Positions 62,518-64,000 of a DNA stretch of 64,000 nt are shown here, one piece after another. Position 1 is the stretch's first letter. Each line of letters begins with the position of its first letter. The stretch lies in the IMG/VR virus record IMGVR_UViG_2867359821_000001, positions 5,093 through 69,092 of that record; one strand, written 5' to 3'. Made by a program: the position numbers and the translations under genes. Source of the stretch: a virus. The notes under the pieces are model-generated. The model did no database searches. It had not been told where the DNA came from and saw only the letters and a program-made list of their open reading frames with translations.

Positions 62518-62549
62518 AGTTTAGGTTCGACCTCGTTGCCTAATTCTGG
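62518..62549 (-). promoter_or_regulatory. variant promoter-like motif (AGTTTAGGTTCGACCTCGTTGCCTAATTCTGG) between integrase stop and neck genes
   Basis: seen directly. Confidence 0.4.
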
Positions 62550-62551
62550 CG

Positions 62552-64000
62552 TCAGATGCGGCCGATCTCATCGCCGCCGGTGGTCATCCAAACGATCCGC
62601 TCGCCACCCCGCCCCTCTCGCGTGAGGTGGCCGACGACGGTCGCCTGCGCCAAAGAGCGCTTCCGCTCCGTCTCCATTACCCGGAATGATCGCGCGAAGG
62701 TCGAGAGGGACTGGCTCCACAGATCGAAGTCGATCCCGCTCGCCGCCCACGCGCCGCGTGCGCCCTCGAGGATCCGCTCCGTCCCCCGCTGAGCGAGCGC
62801 CCGATCCAACGCTAGGCGTACCTCACCGCGCTCGGCCGAGTATCGCTGCAGCAAGCTCAGTGACGTCGTCGAGCCGGTGAGCGCGTACACCTCCTCGGCA
62901 CGAGCGCGCTGCTCGTCAATGCCTGCCAACTGGGCGCGGAGATCGGCTACCGCGGTGTCCTCGCCTGTTTCGGCGCCGGCTCCGAGGGCGGCGTAGAGGG
63001 CAGCCATCGCAGAACTCTCGGCGATGGAGGCGGCGATCGAGACGTGTTGCCCGTCGAATCCGTCGGTCGTCTCAATGACCGCACGGCAGACGTATGTGCG
63101 CGTCTTGGATCCCCGAGAGTGCTTCCAGCTGGACCCCAACCGCGCACCGCATGGGCAGGTGAGCACTCCCGCCAGCCACGCCTCAGAGGGGGTGCGCCCT
63201 CGGTTTGCTCGCCGATCCGGGTCAAGGATGATCGCACGCAGCTCCTCCCAAGTCTCACGATCGAGGATCGGCTGGATTTGGCTCACCGGCTGCGCGATGC
63301 CTCCGCGGACCAGGATGCCCGCGATCCGATGCCGGGTCAGGAGCGTGCGGACAGATGCATTCGTCCAGCGCCCGCCACGCGGCGCCGAGATCTCATGAGA
63401 CTCGAAGTACCGGATCACCGAGCGCAGCGAACCGCCTTCAAGGATGATCCGCGCCGCCTCTCGGATGTGTACGGCCTCCGACTCTCGAACCTGGTTGCCC
63501 CCCAGTTCCCACCCGAACGGACGGTTGCCGCGGTGAGAGAACCCGCGCTCGGCGTTCTGTTCATTCGACCGTTTCTGGCGTGCGCTCTTCCGCTCGACCT
63601 CCGCGCGCGCGACAGACGCCTTGATGCGCGCGTACATGCGTCCGCCATCCGTGGATAGGTCGGCCTCACCGTTCGCCGTGACAACGATCAGGTCGCGATC
63701 GGTGGCGAGGTCGATCCAGTCCTCGAGTTGCCGCGGCTGGCGCGTAAGGCGGTCGAGATCCCAGCACACGAGGGCGTCGAAGTTGCCCGCCTCGTAGTCC
63801 GTACGCATCCGGTCATACCCCGGACGCCGGACGTCGCGCTTGCTGGCGCTGACACTGTCGCTGTAGGTCTGCGTGATCTCCCAGCCGCGGTCCCGAGCGA
63901 TCTTCTCGCAGTCGCTTCGCTGGCGGTCGATGGCAAGCCCGTCGCCGTGACGGTCAATGGATATTCGGAGGTAGATCGCGGCACGGACTGACATGCCCAT
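62552..64000 (-). CDS. int: large serine recombinase (phage integrase); start at or just beyond right edge
   Basis: AAIYLRISIDRHGD (catalytic Ser), resolvase + recombinase domains, zinc ribbon LTCPCGARLG...YVCR, long coiled-coil C-terminus; 482 aa. Confidence 0.9.
   Translation of the reverse strand: MGMSVRAAIYLRISIDRHGDGLAIDRQRSDCEKIARDRGWEITQTYSDSVSASKRDVRRPGYDRMRTDYEAGNFDALVCWDLDRLTRQPRQLEDWIDLATDRDLIVVTANGEADLSTDGGRMYARIKASVARAEVERKSARQKRSNEQNAERGFSHRGNRPFGWELGGNQVRESEAVHIREAARIILEGGSLRSVIRYFESHEISAPRGGRWTNASVRTLLTRHRIAGILVRGGIAQPVSQIQPILDRETWEELRAIILDPDRRANRGRTPSEAWLAGVLTCPCGARLGSSWKHSRGSKTRTYVCRAVIETTDGFDGQHVSIAASIAESSAMAALYAALGAGAETGEDTAVADLRAQLAGIDEQRARAEEVYALTGSTTSLSLLQRYSAERGEVRLALDRALAQRGTERILEGARGAWAASGIDFDLWSQSLSTFARSFRVMETERKRSLAQATVVGHLTREGRGGERIVWMTTGGDEIGRI

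Noticed and set aside
1-64000. CRISPR array
   Set aside because: No regularly spaced direct repeats with unique spacers; repeats found are promoter-like motifs 1-10 kb apart or short in-gene tandem repeats

Overview
This window is about 64 kb of a high-GC (roughly 67%) temperate siphovirus-type phage or prophage from an actinobacterium. A WhiB-like gene and many ATGA/GTGA-coupled genes support the actinobacterial assignment. The layout, left to right, is as follows.

(1) 1-2.7 kb, minus strand: terminase large subunit (truncated at the left edge, found by manual translation), an Endonuclease-VII/HNH nuclease, and a putative terminase small subunit.
(2) 2.8-4.3 kb, minus strand: a stand-alone DGQHR (DndB/DpdB-like) gene with its own promoter-like motif and a downstream hairpin.
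(3) 4.5-12.5 kb, minus strand: an operon of about 25 genes. It includes dNMP kinase, HAD 5'-deoxyribonucleotidase, 2H phosphoesterase, NrdH-like redoxin, an Orn-like DEDD exoribonuclease and MazG.
(4) 12.6-13.8 kb: a putative lysogeny/immunity cassette (small HTH protein plus membrane protein) flanked by GTGGGA-N4-TCCCAC palindromes, and a divergent regulatory region.
(5) 13.8-42.8 kb, plus strand: early and replication region of about 65 tightly coupled genes. It includes a DnaN-like clamp, SNF2 helicase, RtcB RNA ligase, a Cas4-like exonuclease, an SPFH protein, an AEP primase-polymerase/helicase, an HNH homing endonuclease, a RuvC-like resolvase and WhiB.
(6) 42.8-62.5 kb, minus strand: membrane proteins, a metallophosphoesterase, a holin-like protein, an M15 endolysin, minor tail proteins, a 1254-aa fibre, Tal/Dit-like proteins, a 1221-aa tape measure protein, chaperones with a probable -1 frameshift, two paralogous major tail proteins and neck genes. 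A plus-strand EndoVII/HNH gene interrupts this block.
(7) 62.55-64.0 kb, minus strand: a large serine recombinase/integrase at the right edge.

No rRNA, tRNA, CRISPR array or reverse transcriptase was recognised. The most interesting observations are: about ten copies of a ~36-bp promoter-like motif that defines a regulon; an HNH gene inserted between two motif copies; a DGQHR gene inserted as its own unit; an RNA-repair and nucleotide-signal-degrading enzyme set (RtcB, 2H phosphoesterase, Orn-like); a 45-bp direct repeat flanking an RHH/Zn-ribbon module; a near-consensus promoter driving a structured non-coding region; and an AT-rich iteron-like region. All calls come from reading the sequence and translations by eye. 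No database searches were run, so functional names are motif-based inferences. Coordinates come from hand-indexing and may be off by a base or two.
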